In this document: piece by piece, positions 48,856-63,645 of the stretch
Position numbering within the stretch: the stretch's first letter is position 1
Layout of the letters: every line of letters begins with the position of its first letter
NCBI RefSeq assembly: GCF_025526975.1
Contig: NW_026515696.1
Location: 62,001-126,000 of the forward strand
Length of the DNA: 64,000 nucleotides
Origin: Fimicolochytrium jonesii
Lineage: Eukaryota
Direction: 5' to 3'
Position numbers and translations under genes: made by a program
The notes under the pieces: generated by a model
Told to the model about the DNA's origin: nothing
Databases searched by the model: none
Seen by the model: the letters and a program-made list of their open reading frames with translations, nothing else

Positions 48856-49643
48856 CTATTTCCCTGTGTCGTTCTTCTTCTTCTCCTTCTTCCGCCCACC
48901 ACGCCCAAGGTTTTTGTGAGCCTCTAAAGCTTCCAGCTTGACGCGTGCCCTCTCGTTTGCCATTGCGCCCGCCAACGGCTTCCCATATACCTTCTCATAT
49001 CTGAGCAGGCCCTGGTTTCACACGGCCTGGTGGGTGAATTGCACGTAGGCATGGCGCCTGTCGCTCGGTCGCTTCCTGGATGACCACCGCGAGATAAAGT
49101 GCTGTTCCGCCTGACATCGGATGAACACCATGTCCCCAGGGCGGTACCGAAGGCGAGTCTGCAGATCAGGTAGGCAGAAGCGGCCTTGTGGGAGCCGCGG
49201 CGACGACGAGAAGGATGGAAACGAGGAAGTGCCTTGATGGCCCCTATCGTCATGGTTGATGCCGTGATCTCCTTCAACATTATTGTTGTGATTGTTGCTG
49301 GCATTGCTGGTTCCATTCTCCGGGTTGTCTGCCCTACAGAGTATGAGATATCATGAGAATCCTCTTACTCCCATTCCATCTTACTCCTTTCAAGGAAACG
49401 ATGCTTACCTGCGAGTCCCGCCACTCGCACCCCTCCCACCCCTGCTGCCTCGATTCCCACTGTAGATCGCAAAGTTCCGGCCACTGCCGCCACTGCCGCC
49501 GCAGTACCACCCCAGGCGCTACTTCCTCCACGGCCTCCACTACCACGGCCTCCTCCAGCACCACGGCCTCCACTACCACGGCCTCCTCCACCACCACCGC
49601 CTCCTCCTCCCGCTGCAGTCGCTGCAGTCTTAGGGCAACCCAT
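48856..49643 (-). pseudogene. TET/JBP-like 2OG-Fe(II) dioxygenase remnant (C-terminal core) with an upstream Gly-rich exon
   Basis: GRFCLPDLQTRLRYRPGDMVFIRCQAEQHFISRW..RRHAYVQFTHQAV* (49021-49185); TGA at 49018-49020; GT-AG intron 49334-49408; frameshift in the Gly-rich exon. Confidence 0.6.
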
Positions 49644-49984
49644 CTAGATTCGAGGAGGCAGACCAGAAGTTAAATCAATTGTGTTGAGCGCCAGCCGGTC
49701 TCTTGAGCGCTCTCTCTCTCTCTCTCTCCCTCATCCCCTGGGTGCATACGCCATATGCGCGAACCCAGGGGTGCGTTGCGAAGGAGGAAGGAACGTTAGG
49801 CCGCCCGTCTACACACTGGGAGCTACACATGTAAGTGGACATAAACGGCGCTGACATTCCGCTGTGTCCCGCACAGTCCCGCATACTTCCCCACTTGACT
49901 CGGCTTCTTCGCAACCTGTGAAGTTCTTAGTCTGAAAGCCCCAACCCTCGAAGACCTTCAACCTCTCGAAGCTCTCTCTCAGCA

Positions 49985-51032
49985 ATGTCTACTCAAGTCG
50001 TCGTCAACCTCTTTGCCGGCCTGCAGCCGCTTTGTCTACAGTTTTCTGACGACTCCAGTGCCTGGTCCGTCAATCAGAAGCAGCTTACTGTGGAAGACCT
50101 GAAGAACAAGATCTCATCTGTGCTTCCGTTACACCCCACCGACCAGCTCTTAACAACCGAAGGTGGTCGCCCCATCTCTGATGACTTGCCTCTATTCCCG
50201 CACAACGACCTCGAGGATGGAACTGAACTCGACTGCGCCGAGGCGGGACGGCTTCCACCAGTGTTCAACCTGCTGGTCAGGGTTCCCGGCGGGAAAGGAG
50301 GATTTGGGAGCATGTTGAGGGCACAGGGTGGAAAAATGGCATCGCAAAAGACGACGAATTTCGAAGCGTGTAGGGATTTGTCGGGAAGGCGGCTCAAGAC
50401 TATGAATGATGCCAAAAAGTAAGTCTGTCTTCGCATAGTTTGTACGGAACATGGACTGTGTCTAATCGTCATCTTCGAATAGACTTGCAGACTACCTCGA
50501 AAAAGAACCTGAACGCAAACGAAAACGGCAAGAGGAGTTGATTAAAAGCTGGAGAAGGACCTGCAGGAGCCTGAGAAGCGAAAGATTCGGTTCCATGATC
50601 CAGATTTCGTTAAAAGCCATGAGAAAGTGATGGATGATATCCAGGACGCCGTCGTGAAAGCGCTGAAAAATGCTCCGGTGGGCGCGGCACTGAAGGTCAA
50701 GGATGTGGAGAAGGTGACGGTCAAGCCGGCGGCGGACCTATCACAGTGGTAGGTGCTCAAAGACGTATAACCTCGTCGAAATCCGGACACATGCTCATAC
50801 GACTCGGCTCTTTAGGGATGACCTCTCCGGACCTGAAGATTCGTACGATAGTAGTGAGGAGGAGGAGGAGGAGGAGGAGGAGGAGGAGGAGGAGGAGGAG
50901 GTCATCAGACTTGCAGCGGAAATAAATACGAAGGGAGCCAAGTGGGTCGAGGTAGAATCAGACAGTTCATGCGACGAGAACAAGATCAGCGCTGAACAGG
51001 TCATCGAAAAGGCGAAGGTGGCAACGGTGTAA
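49985..51032 (+). CDS. SDE2: SDE2 (ubiquitin-fold-activated splicing/replication-stress factor); 1-nt frameshift at A-run 50544-50547
   Basis: Ubl N-terminus then VRVPGG^[51 protein letters not shown]; acidic (GAG)n tract. Confidence 0.9.
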
Positions 51033-51193
51033 CCGGAGGGCTAGATGGAGCGCATCACATTTTTGGATTTTGAAGAAGTTTTAAATGTATCGTTTTTGTT
51101 GGGTTCATTTGGTATATACAAAGAACATTGCTCAATGAGCACTCATCCCCAAGAAAACGACTATAGCCCTTCTCGACGCAACGACAGGACCCT

Positions 51194-51634
51194 CTACAAT
51201 CCGCCTCTCCTTTTACCCTCGCCCCTCTCGCTCTCTCGCGGCATGGGTCCCCTGTGCGAATCATCCCTGATCGGGGGCACGCCAGCTCCGACCCCATCAT
51301 TGGTGCCTCCATATCCCTTTGAGCTTCCACTCTTTTGATCCCTCTCCGCATTCGTATCCGCCGTCCCATCGCTCTGAGAATGTGCGTTCTTGAAGCGGTG
51401 CGTGTGCGTTTGGTACTTCTCTACATCTTCCTCCTCCGATTTGGATGACTTTGATGCTGCGGGTGTGTTCTGTGTGGGGCTCTTGGCGGGTGCGCTTTTG
51501 CATGGGTCGACTTGGTCTTTGCCGACGTTGTTGCCGTACCCCGCGGTCGCATAGCTGCGGGTGAAGGATGGGAAGATCGATTGGGTGGCGGGAGATCTTC
51601 GGGCCAATGTGCGCTTTGTGATTTGTGCGAACAT
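51194..51634 (-). CDS. Small hydrophilic protein (146 aa) with a mitochondrial presequence-like N-terminus
   Basis: MFAQITKRTLARRSPATQSIFPSFTRSY|A (Arg-rich, no acidic residues, R-3 cleavage motif) followed by G/S/D/K-rich disordered sequence. Confidence 0.65.
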   Translation of the reverse strand: MFAQITKRTLARRSPATQSIFPSFTRSYATAGYGNNVGKDQVDPCKSAPAKSPTQNTPAASKSSKSEEEDVEKYQTHTHRFKNAHSQSDGTADTNAERDQKSGSSKGYGGTNDGVGAGVPPIRDDSHRGPMPRESERGEGKRRGGL

Positions 51635-52264
51635 GTTGATTATTGTTGCTACTGTACGTAGGTTGGTGTATTGATACTGGATTGATTCGAGGATTTGATT
51701 GCAATGGCCAACTGGAGCTGCTGAAGTCGATACATCCTGCTCGTTTTTATACAACCTTCCATTGAGTGGAAAAAACCAAGAACCAAGAAAAAACTTATTG
51801 CGCCACTAGCAAGCAGATTCTCCACATCGATGTCCGTTGTCCGTTGAGGGCGGTAAAAACCACCCCTTGCGCTGCACTTCGCTTTCGCGCGTCATGAGTG
51901 ACATCACTCGACGCGTATCCGACCGTCTCGCAGTAAGGGATCCTGCTTATAGGACGCTCACTTCAATTAGAAGGGAAGCCAGCTTCTTGCGAGGGATCTG
52001 TACATTGCGCCCACTGCGACCCGGAATTCTTAGATATCACGATGCGTGCGTGGAAGAATGTATGATCTATGAATGTAAGATGGTCGAGATACAAATAACA
52101 ACAAAAGACAATAAAGGGAACGGAACTGGAACTAAGGGAGTGTGGGAAAATCTTGCAAATCTCCATAAGAAAACACAAAGGACGCTCAAAGCGTTGGACG
52201 CCCTCACTCAGGGGCACCCGATAACGCTCTCACTGTGAGAAAGTTGTTCGATCCGCCACTATCT

Positions 52265-55200
52265 TCACTTGCTACCCTCAAACCTCAACTCCCACCCAAT
52301 CTTCTCGCCCAACACCGGCAACGCCTCCGCAACACTCTGCACATCCTTATCCCCCCTCCCGCTCAAACACACCACGATATCTTTATCAGCTGGCAGAGTG
52401 CGGGCAAGATCGATCGCTTTGATGAGGGCGTGCGAGGATTCTAGGGCGGGGATAATGCCTGGAAAAAAATGGAGGCGGTATGGGGGTTAGGTGGGGTGGC
52501 GTGGCGTGGGAGAACAGTAGAAAGATGGGGGATGGGGGGATGAAATGTACCTTCGAGCTGGCAGCAGAGACGGAACCCTTGGAGGCATTCGGCGTCGGTT
52601 GCGTGGATGTATTCGGCGCGGAGTGAGTCTTTGAGGAAGGCGTGTTCAGGGCCGACGCCGGGGTAATCCAGGCCCTAAAAACAAATCGGAAGGGATGTTG
52701 AGTATCGCAAAACAGCAACATCTAATAGTGACAGAGATATCAGTACATACAGCACTAATACTATGCGTCTCAACAATCTGCCCCTTCTCATCCTGTATCA
52801 AATACGTCCTCGTCCCATGCAGCACGCCCGGTTTCCCCGTACTCAAAGTCGCGGAATGCCGTCCCGTCTCAACTCCATCCCCGCCGGCCTCAACACCCAC
52901 AATCCTCACGGTCGGATCATTTACAAACGGGTGAAACATCCCAATGGCGTTACTCCCCCCGCCCACGCAGGCGACGACCATATCGGGGAGCTTGTTGTTG
53001 AGTGCGAGGAACTCTGAGCGGGTTTCGGTACCGATCACGGATTGGAAGTCGCGGACGAGGGTGGGGAAGGGGTGTGGGCCGATTGCGGAGCCGATTAGGT
53101 AGTGGGTTGTGGAGACGTTGGTGACCCAATCCCGCATGGCTTCGTTGATTGCGTCTTTCAACGTCTTGCTCCCGCTCGTAACAGGAACGACTTTCGCGCC
53201 CAGCAATTTAATCCGAAACACATTCAAAGCCTGTCTGCGAACATCTTCAGCGCCCATGTAGATCGTGCAGTCCAGACCGAATTTGGCACACACGGTGGCG
53301 GTGGCGACGCCGTGCTGGCCGGCGCCGGTTTCGGCGATGATGCGGGTTTTGCCGAGCCGTTGGGCGAGGAGGACTTGGCCGATCGCGTTGTTGATTTTGT
53401 GCGAGCCCGTGTGGTTGAGGTCTTCGCGTTTGAGCCAGATGCGTGCGCCTCCTGGAAAAAAAATCACGGTTCAATCATGCGACACATGGAAACCCTAATG
53501 TGTTTATATCCCAACTCACCACCCTCCTTAGTCAACCTCTCCGCCAAATGCAACGGGCTCGGCCGGCCCATGAACGGATACAGCTCTTTAAACTGTTTCC
53601 AGAACTCCGGATCCTCCTTCGCCTTCATATACTCCCGCTCAATCTCCTCGAGGCAGTCTACGAGGGCTTCGGGCGCGTATTGTCCGCCAAAGGTGCCGAA
53701 ACGCGCGGCCAGGCCCGTTTTGAGGGTTGTTACCTGTGGGGGAAGTGTGAGTGGGGTGGGAATCGAGGGGGAGGAGGGAGGGGAAGCTTACGGCAGTCTT
53801 GACCTTCTCGGCAACATCGTGTGCGACTTCTTTGACGGTGCCGGTGACCGCTCCCGTGACAGGCTATCGCAGGGGTGGGAGAGGACACGTTTTCAGTTTT
53901 CTCGACTTCCACGGAGTAAGAATACAACAACAACAACTCACAGCAGCCAAAACCTTCTCCGCAACACCCTGCGCCGTCCGAGCCACACCCTGCGCGGTCG
54001 GCGTGGCAGCAGCCAAAACCTTCTCCGCAACCCCCTGCGCCGTCTGAGCAACTCCCTGCGCGGTCTGAGCGACACCCTGTGCCATGGCCCTGACCGTCTC
54101 GGTCGCGGCTTGTGCGGGAGCGGGACCGGATTCCTGGACGGAGGCTAGGTGCGGGGTGTCCGAGTGGGCATGGGGTTCTTCTACGAGGTGTAAAGGGGGA
54201 TGTGAGAATTATGGATGTAATGTGACGTGGGAGTGACTGGGGGAGGACGGGTTTTTTTTTACCTGGTCGCAGGACGGTGCGGCCGGTGATTTTGGACGCA
54301 AAGTCTTTGACGGCGTTTGCGCGGTGTCCGTGGGCTGTGTGGGGGGATCGCGAACAGTGAGTTAGTACACACACCGCGTCTCAGTGCCAACACCAGTAAC
54401 ATCTAGCGGCCACATACCAGCCTCCTTCAACGTAGTGATAATCTTACTCCCAATAACAACACCCTCGGCCTTCGCGCCAACCTCCCTAAACTGCTCCGGG
54501 GTCGAGACACCAAACCCAACCGCCAACGGCAATTTCGTAAACTGTCGAATCCGCTCAATCAACGACGGCAGATCGGACGAAACCGCAGCGCGTGCACCGG
54601 TAACCCCCAAAGTCGAAACGACATAAATAAACGTATCCGCAACCGACGCCAGATGCTGAATCCGATTGCTCGTGGTGGACGGCGCAATCAGCGGGATATA
54701 CGACAACCCATACTCGCTCGCATGGTCCCTGAACCGCTCAGCTTCCTCGGGTGGCAAATCAACGACGATGAACCCGTTGACGCCCGCGCGCGCGCAGTCC
54801 TGCATCAGTTTCTCTTCGCCGTAGCTGAGGAAGGGGTTGTAGTAGCCCATGAAGACGACGGGGACGCGGAGGCCGCGGGAACGTGCTTGTTCGACGTATT
54901 TGAGGCAGTGGAGGATGTCGGTTGGGGGGGAGTGGGAGAGAGCGGTGAAGGAGGAGTCTTGGATTGTGGGGCCGTCGGCTATTGGGTCGGAGAAGGGGAC
55001 ACCTGTGGGAATTTGTTGGGAGTTAGGAATACGAGAAACTTCCTAGCGATGCATAGCTAGCAAGTCCAATCCATCCGAGGCGAGTGCAAATCGAGGGTTG
55101 TGCAATACGATATTCTCGCGAAAACAAGGTTTGGCTGCGGTGCGCCAAGCGCAAAATATCCCAACGCTCGCCGGTGCTCGCCAAGAGTAAGCGAGGGAGT

Positions 55201-55752
55201 ATCGCGCCATTGACACAATACGAACTCGCCTCGTACCCGCTCCAAGCGTTCGTTCCCTCTAGTCACCCTTCCTATCCTCAGCTTCCAAGCGCACCAACCT
55301 CGTTTCGCTCGCCGCAGCACCCTTGCTGTCGGTACCCATCACCATGTCACAACTCACCCAACTCAATGATATCAGCCCCACCCTCCTGCAACGCCAACAA
55401 CACATCAACCGTATCGCTCGGCTCAGGGTATCCGGCGGTCACATAGGCCACGAATACAGGGCGTGCTACAAGTTCGAGAGAAAGATACACACATTCGTTA
55501 GCCTCAAGAAAATGTTCCCGAGATCCAAACCCCGCAATCAAACTCGCAGCATCCCTTTTGATCCCATCCTCTTCATACAATGGGCCCCCCCCCCCACTAC
55601 CGCCCCGCCCCTCGTCCACGGCACACACTCCTCGTATCCTCGTCTGCCCCACACTCTGAACTACGTTGCCACCCCCTGTCCTCCCTGTTCCCTCCCCACA
55701 ACCTACCCTCCTTGCCAACATCCCCAAACACGTTACGGATATGCTGCGACAT
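52265..55752 (-). CDS. TRP5: Bifunctional tryptophan synthase (alpha-beta fusion) with an expanded repeat linker, multi-exon
   Basis: Alpha: [39 protein letters not shown]; beta: [75 protein letters not shown]. Confidence 0.97.
55115..55317 (-). repeat. Copy 3 of the shared structured intronic element (TRP5 intron 2)
   Basis: Sense CTGCGGCGAGCGAAACGAGGTTGGT; hairpin block 55195-55219 and block 55150-55184 match RPL27 intron 2. Confidence 0.6.
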
Positions 55753-55928
55753 ATTCTGCGTGTCTTCTCTATCGTCTAAGCAGTTCGCTCTGTGTCAGTC
55801 TCTTCTATGTATGAGTGTATGTCTGTGCGGTGGGTGCAGATCACGGGCGGGGTTCGTGGGAAAATCCGAGTGTTATGGGAGCGTTGCTTTTATGGGAGCG
55901 GCGTAGAGGGCGGAAGGGTGAGGGATAA

Positions 55929-56088
55929 GGGTTAGGGTTAGGGTTGGGGTTAGGGTTAAGTGAGGGATGAATCGCGTGAGTCACTTGCTGTGTGTTCCTC
56001 TGGCGTTCCCTCTTCCGCAACTCGCCCCCACGAGTAACAGCCAATAACAGCATTGCTACCGGCGTGGAGCGTTAGGGTTAGGGTTAGG
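55929..56088. promoter_or_regulatory. Two TTAGGG arrays 180-340 bp upstream of TRP5 (telo-box-like)
   Basis: gggttagggttagggttggggttagggtta (55929-55958) and gttagggttagggttagg (56071-56088). Confidence 0.55.
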
Positions 56089-56224
56089 CCACAACAGAGT
56101 TGTTATGGAGACCATGTCGCTGGGAGTCGGTGACGGTGGCTGGACGCACGTTGATGAGATCTGAGAGTAACACTACCGAAGAAGCAGTAGCAGCAGAGAT
56201 AGTATATATTCAAATGCCAGTCCA

Positions 56225-58173
56225 TCAAATCATAGTGGTCTCCGGTCTCCTCCCTAACCCCGGCATCCCCACCGGCCGTCGCCTAGTCCACACCACATCC
56301 GATGACACCCGAGCATAAAAATGCACATCCTTATGTCCCCGGCTTGCATCCCCTTGTATATCCGCGCGGTCAGTGGCGGAGGCATCATGTCCCTGTCCCA
56401 CCTTCCTAGGCCTCGCAGGTGGCCGCGGCCGCAATGGCTCTGATGGTTGATGCGCGATTGGTTCCGTGACAATCGGGCCATCCCAACAAAGCCAGGGCTC
56501 CTTCGCGGTCGTTTTGTCGACGGCGCTGTTGGTGTTCCGGTGTGCAGGATGCGGCGGTCCGGAGAAGTCCCGGTGGGCTTCGTCTGTGGAAGATATTGAG
56601 CGGTAGCGGTGGAGGCGGAACTTCATGCTGGCGGACATTGTTGGCTCGGCGGTGGATGGGCGGGCGGACGGTGTGCGCGGAGGGTTTCGTGTTGGCGGGG
56701 CTATTGGGGGATGTGGGTGCTTCGGTGCGGATGGTGCATTGGCTGGAAGGGTAGGCGTTACGGGTGGTTCTGATCGAGTACCGTCAGATAGTTGTGATGC
56801 CCTTGACGGCTCAACTGCGGCTAACCGTGTACTCGTCGAATCTGACGCCGGCATTTGGAGATCGGTGTCATCTGCATCGAAATCGGTAACGGTATGACCT
56901 TTCCCCGCTGTCGCCTCTTCATGTGCTCGAGAAATCGAATCCACCGTCCCTGCAGTCAGTGAGGCCCGCGCAAGCCCCGACTCCCGCGAAGCAATCCTCG
57001 TCCGTCTACTCCTCAAATACAATACAGGGTTCCCGGCCATGATTTGTCCGGAGCCATGGGTAAGGTCACTTGTCACGTCCTCTGTCCGCGTATGCGACGT
57101 TTTGGAGGCACTTGATGGCCGTCCCGTGCTCGTTCTGGGGCGTCGCGTTTTGGATGCCGTTGGCCTCTCTTTCAAGAGCTCTGTCACTGTCACATATCGC
57201 GGTATGAGATGAGGTTCTGCTTCAAAAATGCTTGCTGCACGATCACAAGAAACTAACCTCCCTCGTGCTCAGGAACCTGCTCCACCTCAGGTTTTCTCCG
57301 ATCAGCCTCAATTATCCGCACATCATTCAAGATCTTTAACCCCGGCAACGCCGAACAAAGATTCCACCGCAGCTCCCTCTGCCGCATAGCCCACTTTCTC
57401 GGCTCCACTCCCCATTCATCATCTGCACTCTCATTGGGATCGCTTTCGAGTCGTATTGGGTTGTTCGTGACGGTCAGTTGCCGTAAAGACAAACACAGCG
57501 CTAGATATTCTATCTGTTCCATAGATTCGATCGCGTTTCTGTGCTGTACATAATTTAGCATGGCCGTTGATGTTGAGAGGTGCTCCCTCCCTTCCTTTTG
57601 GTGATTGAGTAGCGCAAGACTAGAAACATACCCCTCCAAATCCAGAACTTGCAGATTCTCCAGCATCCCTAACGCGCTGATATCCGCAATCTCGTTATGT
57701 GCCAGGTAGAGTTCCTCAAGATTGGACATGGAATCGATGCCGTCGAGGTCAGTCATGTCGCAGCGTGCCATCCACAGTACAGTTAGGTTCAAGTAGCCAG
57801 AGCCGATGTCTCTACAAACCCAAATATGCAGCGCCCAGATTTAGTTGTTTGGAGCAGTCGGGTAACAGTCGGAGTACGGCCACTAACCGAATGGAAGGTA
57901 TATAGCTGTTATTCAGCTTGAGATGGCGGAGTCCAGGCAGGAGCTTGCCCAGCGTCCCTAGACTCGTCTTTCTGGTGTCGACCTTCATCTCGAGTAGTTG
58001 CACCGACGACAAGTCACTGCGGTCTGTTATCGCAACCTATGGAAACCCAGTCAATCGCCGAACTCCGATGCTTGACCACAGTCCTTCCTGCTCCTCACCA
58101 GCTTCGCTTCGGATAGATGTCCCTTGACGAGCTCCTCCACCTCATCCTGCGGAGAGGAAACTTCTGGGTTCAT
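56225..58173 (-). CDS. LRRC56: Leucine-rich repeat protein 56 (ODA8-like, outer dynein arm transport), multi-exon
   Basis: LEMKVDTRKTSLGTLGKLLPGLRHLKLNNS..|RDIGSGYLNLTVLWMARCDMTDLDGI..LEELYLAHNEIADISALGMLENLQVLDLEG|N; distal motif SDLTHGSGQIMAGNPVLYLRSRR. Confidence 0.88.
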
Positions 58174-58422
58174 GTTGAATACGGCTACAGTTCGAATGTA
58201 CTGTATGTATATGGCGCCAAAACGGGCAGCAAAACGGAACGGGTAGCGAGGTTGACCGCGCCGTATGGCGTGCTTCTAGAACCTCGCGTCTCCCGGCATA
58301 ACACCAAGTAAGTGTAAAATCATGGCCTCGCTCCCAACGCTTGTACAGTAACTGTTCTTCAACATAGCCAATCCAAACTCCAAAAAGCGCGGCAAAGAAG
58401 CCCGCATATCACACACACAAAT

Positions 58423-61582
<3,160 letters not shown>

Positions 61583-61827
61583 TGTTCGGTCGGTCGGGTA
61601 TCGGGGTTGAGCGGGCTTCTTGATAATCCACAACTGAGCACTAGCTAGGATTTATGAGAGAATGAGTCGGAGGGACCCGAATGAGACAGTGAATGTTCTA
61701 AGAGTTGTTCTGTTGCAGGCAACAAGCCCTCAAGATCAAGCTGAGCCCATTGGAGACCCGGGCTATTCGACGGCAAAAGGGCAGACTCTTGAGATCAGCA
61801 TGGCGAGATCTGCTTCCCATCTGGCCA

Positions 61828-61927
61828 GCCAATCACGCACCTCGAAGCAGAAACTCCGGCCAATCACACGCCTCCATGCAGAATAAACTGGCCAGGACAT
61901 CTAGCCAGCCAGCCAATCACACGCCTC
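61828..61927. promoter_or_regulatory. Three GCCAATCACRC (CCAAT-box) repeats upstream of U2SURP
   Basis: Copies at ~61828, ~61859, ~61912; matches the NF-Y/HAP consensus. Confidence 0.45.
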
Positions 61928-62352
61928 TGTGTGTGGGAATGACATCTCAGTTCCCTTGCAGGTACGCGCTGTCATAATCTGTCGGAGAGCGTCTTTGTCT
62001 TGATGGCCTTCACTGCCCTCTGTTTTGACTTGCTGAATGATCTCACGCATCTGGTCTGGACGAGGAACGTATTGTATGGACGAGGAGGAGGTTGGATTTC
62101 ATCAGCAAGCCGACCTCTATTGCGTCGTTGTCGCAGCCCTTCTCGAAATGGGTTCCGTCGCCACCTACTCGTTCATAAATGTCGGGCTCAATGTCATATA
62201 GATCTCGAGCACCTTTGATGTATGTTTATCATGCACATTGTATCGATCGATTGATGGTTATTACAGGTTGTAAACAAAGATAGAGAGCATTAGGGATCCT
62301 ATCATACATGGCACCGTCGGGAACTAGAATCTGCTTGCAAGACCATGATGCC

Positions 62353-63645
62353 TCAAGCGACCTGGATGCGATCGTTCTCAGTCGGGCAGTAAATTTGCAC
62401 CGCCTTGCCGGCGTCCATGGGAGTGACCTTGCTCCTGGAATCCAGGAAGAGATTGTTCCAGACGAACTTGGCGACGTAGGCGTGGGCGACCGCGCTGGGG
62501 TGGAAGCAGTCGAGGTCGGAGATGTAGTTTTTGGGGAACTTGCGCTGATGGAACAAGAACTAAAGTGTGAGTCGATGATGCTTACCTTTATCCTTCTTTC
62601 TGGCATCACTCACCAAGTCAGCGGCACCGACGCCAGGGTCCATAATCACGGCAAAGTCGTTGTACTTGTTCTTATAGTCGGCCACAATCTTGACCAGCTG
62701 CGCGTTCCACACATCGATCTGGTCGTCCATAATCTTGCGGGTGTGCACACCGAGCAGAGTGTCCCCCAACGATAGAGCGCATGTGCATTCCAGATGCAAC
62801 CCAGCGATTCGCAGGCCTATGCAGTGCGGGTCCCTTTTCGTGAGCTCCCAGATCTGCGAAACTTTGAACAGCGAGATGACGTTGACGATAGTTCTAGGAA
62901 TGTTCTTGCGGACTTTCTCAAGCACATTTCGGATGTAAGCATCGTACTGCTGTGATGTGGTCGGCGTCGTGCATGATCCACAGACGTCGTTGGCGCCGAT
63001 GAGGAGGTTGAGGTATTTCCAATCGTTCTGGAGGTCGACGTTCTTGTTGTTCCTGGTGATATCAATCAAGTGATTGACTTCCTTATCGAGGTTCTCGAAC
63101 TTGGCGCCAGACAGCGCGACGTTGAGCACGTCTTGGGGGCTCCATTCGAAAACGGGGCACAACTGGCCGTAGCACACTTCAACGAGGTGGTTGCCGTAGC
63201 TTCCGCCGTACGCTTTGTTGTTGAAGTGCTTGGCGAAGTTGAAGACGGAGACGGCGCCGGCGTCGGAGCCGGAGGCAAAGGAAATGCCGCGGTTTTCGTC
63301 GAGTTGGGTGAACGGAACTCCCCAGTTCGAGCCGCGGGCGCCGAAAGCGGCGGTGATGCTGTCTCCCAAGGCCATGACGACTTTGATGTCGTCGATTCGT
63401 ACGTCTACGGAAAATTGAATGCGTGAGTAAGGTTCGTGAACTTCCCGCACAACGATTGAGTACACACCAGAAATGTTTGCAGGCGGTGCGGCGCGCGGCG
63501 CGAGCATCGGGCATTGGGACACATCATCGACAAACGTTCCAGCGTTGGCGAGAGCGAGGGGCGCCGGTGCGGCGGCGACGCCAGTGACCAGCAGCATGGC
63601 GGCCGAAGCAGCAGCGAAGGAGCGGATGTTTGAGGACGAGAACAT
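62353..63645 (-). CDS. Secreted GDSL/SGNH hydrolase, phospholipase B1-like, 3 exons
   Basis: Signal peptide; block I VVMALGDSITAAFG, block III LLIGANDVC, block V DLDCFHPS. Confidence 0.9.

Noticed and set aside
55929..56088. A true telomere or chromosome-fusion scar
   Set aside because: Arrays are only 2-5 units, dispersed, with no head-to-head junction
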